From Oikopleura dioica (lineage: Eukaryota; Animalia; Chordata): DNA of 64,000 nt. The notes under the pieces were generated by a model, which saw only the letters and a list, made by a program, of their open reading frames with translations, made no database searches and had not been told where the DNA came from. The DNA lies in assembly GCA_907165135.1 (NCBI GenBank), contig OU015569.1, positions 558,001-622,000 of the forward strand. The letters run 5' to 3'. Numbering within the stretch: the stretch's first letter is position 1; the number at the start of each line of letters is the position of its first letter. The translations under genes and the position numbers were made by a program. Positions 61,137-64,000 of the stretch are shown piece by piece.

Positions 61137-63317
61137 ATGGGTAGCAAAAGTCGCTACCTAGCGCGACGAAAGGCACGGTCCAAGCCGAAATTCCGGGGCA
61201 ATAAGGGGCGAAAGAAGTCGCAAAGAAAGTCTCATTTGGAAAACAAGGAAGAGACCGATTCGTCAGTTCCAATCCAAACCCAGACTGTCCAAAACATCGT
61301 CGAAAATACTCCTGAAAACGTTCCCCGACCTCCTCGTCCGGTAACTTCTCATCCAAGAAAAATTCAAACGCGGAGTCAAACTATCGCTCAAAATGTAAGT
61401 TCATTCATTTAAGAAAAGTTCTCGCGTCTCAACAACTCTCAAATTTACTTTTCAAGGAGCAATCGCAGCTGGAGGAAGACACGAAATCCGCGGCTTCTGA
61501 TGAGAATTCGGATACGATTGGAGAAACGCTGGAGTCGACCAATGAGCAGCGGGCTCAATCAGGAACGGACTTTTATCGGTTATTATCAATTTTTCTTGTA
61601 AAAAAGGCTTTTTAGCCAATCAGAAAAGATATCTCCAAAAATACGGGTTTTTGGTTGGCTGAAACCATGGCAACATGTGCAGAAACCTGAGTCAGGGTCT
61701 GAAAGATTTTCATTGAATAGCCGCTTGAGACACTGACTCAGGTTTTATTCACAGGCTGCCGAGCCCTGCATTCGATAATTTGATATAAATCCAGAAAAGT
61801 GAGCAACCAAGTGCTTTTATCGGAAGAAGAAGAAGAAGCCCAAAAAAATGCTCCATTATTAGTGATTTCCCCTAACGATGACGTTCCAAGAGAAGAAATT
61901 TGCGACGCGGGATCCGAGGAAGCTGTGATTAAAAGAAAGCCGCGAACTGTTCGAGCGAAGAGATGTAACGTTAGGGATGATGTGATGCGAGATTCGTCGG
62001 CAGACTCGATTCACGACTATTACCAACACTCGGACTCGTCGCAGGAGAACTTGATAAAAAGCAAAGCGAGGAAATTCAACGAAAAGTCGAATAGGTCCTT
62101 TGATAGGAAATTCGGATTTGAAAAATTCTTCTATTTATTTGATTCTTTGAATTTTTGAAATCCGGAAAAGACGAAACCATTCGTCATCGAAAAATCTCAC
62201 TTTTGATGACCTTTTCAACGATCCGATCGTTCCAAACTCGACTTTTCCAAGCGCAAAAAAGAAGCCTTTATCGACGAAGAATGGAGTGGTCGATTTGACG
62301 AAATCGAAGAAACCGAGGAAATCAGAACAGTGGTCGCCTGTGCCGCTCGCGCAAATGCGAGGATTGAGGAACGAAACGCAGCATTTCAGATTGAGGAGAA
62401 ATCGGAAGGATGTTTTCTCTGAAACGGCGCCTGTTGAGGAAAGGGTTGAAAAGTTTTTTAATTGCAAGAAATTTTCAAGAAAGAAATCATTTTTTTATGA
62501 AAAAGTTCCCTTTTCAACCTTCAAAAAAGCCACTTCAAACTCGAAAAACCATCGGCGACTCAACAAGAACAATCGTGCGGGGTTGCGCAGGTTCGCTGGT
62601 CAGAGCTGGGGAAGGAAATCCGACGATTGTGAAAGGAAATGTTCATCGAATTAGCTCAATTAGACGATCTGTGAGCTGGACTGGGCGATCTGTGTAGAAA
62701 TCCTGAGTCGGTGCTGAAAGATCTTTCAGATCCTGACTCAGGGTCCCTGAGGCAGATTTTCTGGATACAGGCCGCTAAGCTCATGGAGGCGCTTTGTGGC
62801 TTCGTTTTTCAAAAAGCCGCCGCGCTACTTTTTATTTCTGCTCCTTCCGGGCCTGACTCAGGTTGCCGAGCCCAGGTCTAAATTTCGCTAGTAGAAATTC
62901 TTGATGAACTTGAAACAGAAGCCGCTGCGAACAGAAGTCTCGAATTCGAGGAAGACAGTCCGTCAAAAACTCGCACCCTTGTCCGCGCTAGCAACAAAAT
63001 TCACACTCGTGGGAGGCGAAAAATAAACATAATAATACCTGAGCCAGAGGCAAAGCCGAAATCGCCGGAAGTTACATGTTGGGAAGACTTGGTAATTTCA
63101 AACAATTTTTAGAACGCCTTTTTATTTTATTTTTAAGCAGGAAGAAAGTGCCGAATCCTCCTCGTCGACCTCTGAGTCCGAAACTGAGTCGGACGATGAA
63201 GTCCTCGAGCAGCTGGTTCAATCCACGAAGAACGCGATGACTCTTCAGTCGTTCATCAAAGATGTCCACGCGATCATTCCTCCGCACATTTTCAACCCTG
63301 ACACATACAGAACTTGA
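61137..63317 (+). CDS. Uncharacterised low-complexity basic/acidic multi-exon protein, probably nuclear
   Basis: MGSKSRYLARRKARSKPK... through ORF segments 61799-62650 to ...IIPPHIFNPDTYRT*, with intron-like spacers containing MITEs. Confidence 0.5.
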
Positions 63318-63482
63318 AACTCACGAAAAAAATCAATATTCACTACATTTTCTGCCTCACTTCACCCATTCCTGTTAGTTTCAAACTTTCAAAGAATTAC
63401 ACATTTTAATAAACGTAATATATAAATAAATAAAAACCGTCTCACAATTGTATTTTGTTTTCGTAGAAGCCGAATTCGGAAA

Positions 63483-63795
63483 ATGTCAGAAGCGGAAGAG
63501 AAAATGCAGGAAGTTGCGCAGTGGAACTCTTTCGGACTCTTTAGGACAAAGTGGTCGCCGAAACCGTTACACATCTCCCTGGAACGCAGCACTCCTTCCT
63601 CATGTCCGCCAACCTGTCGGAACAAGTCGAAAAAATGAAGAAACTTGCGCTCCGGAATCCAGTAACGCTCAAGCTCGACGATTCCTCGTTGCCGAACGCA
63701 GAAGTTCTCCAGCAATATCAGATTAATTTGAACGAAGATTTCGAAAAGTACTTGGTGATTTTGAGCTTTCTCTAATTGAGAATCCTCCGAGGAAA
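63483..63795 (+). pseudogene. DDX56: Rearranged DDX56 (Dbp9) DEAD-box helicase fragment
   Basis: HLPGTQHSFLMSANL...LRNPVTLKLDDSSLP...LQQYQI...EKYLVILSFL*LRILRG resembles the DDX56 motif III/linker. Motifs I-II are absent, SAT reads SAN, there is an in-frame TAA, and the repeat at 63796 truncates it. Confidence 0.7.
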
Positions 63796-64000
63796 TAACT
63801 TCTCTTTCCTTCTTCTGTTTCGGATGCGAGGATAAGAATGAGAGCTTGCTCGAGCGCCCCCTACACTCGCCGCCGGGCAGTGCAAGAAAACGACTTGATG
63901 AAGATGCAGTAAAATGAGGAGTTATTTCGACTTTGCTGATAAAAGAAGTTGACTTACGGGCTAATAGCTATTCCCTTGTGCTTTTACTTGTCTCCCAGGG
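63796..64000 (+). repeat. Second copy of 56663-56868 sequence
   Basis: Direct near-identical repeat. Confidence 0.9.

Overview
Eukaryotic, very compact, intron-rich animal DNA. The ~40-50 bp introns, frequent GA/GC donors, tightly packed co-oriented genes and Tor-like Ty3/gypsy element best fit an appendicularian tunicate such as Oikopleura dioica; this is inference, not proven. Minus strand: TNPO1 (runs off the left edge), CNPY4-like, RNASEH2A, MRTF/myocardin, ENPP4/5-like, AIMP2, RAMAC-like, GTF3C5, two uncharacterised genes (one with a PHD finger), a ZU5-like membrane protein, a class A GPCR and PI4KB. Plus strand: a muscle myosin II heavy chain, a class-3 lipase, a candidate compact SYCP2-like gene, a low-complexity basic protein and a broken DDX56 copy. 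The most notable architecture is threefold. (i) Antisense genes nest in introns of housekeeping genes: the whole 5.9-kb myosin lies in the last GTF3C5 intron, and a 53-aa spliced micro-gene lies in a TNPO1 intron. (ii) Many MITE families (hAT-, Mutator- and Kolobok-like, plus a ~20-copy CCTGASTCAGG family) sit mostly in introns; one 120-bp GC-AG intron is essentially a single MITE with introner geometry, and all non-GT donors of TNPO1 belong to longer introns. (iii) An intact young gypsy element with identical LTRs is inserted in a MITE inside a GPCR intron. Recurrent 1-nt frameshifts in homopolymers point to long-read assembly errors. All gene models are manual and homologies were recognised from memory, not from database searches.
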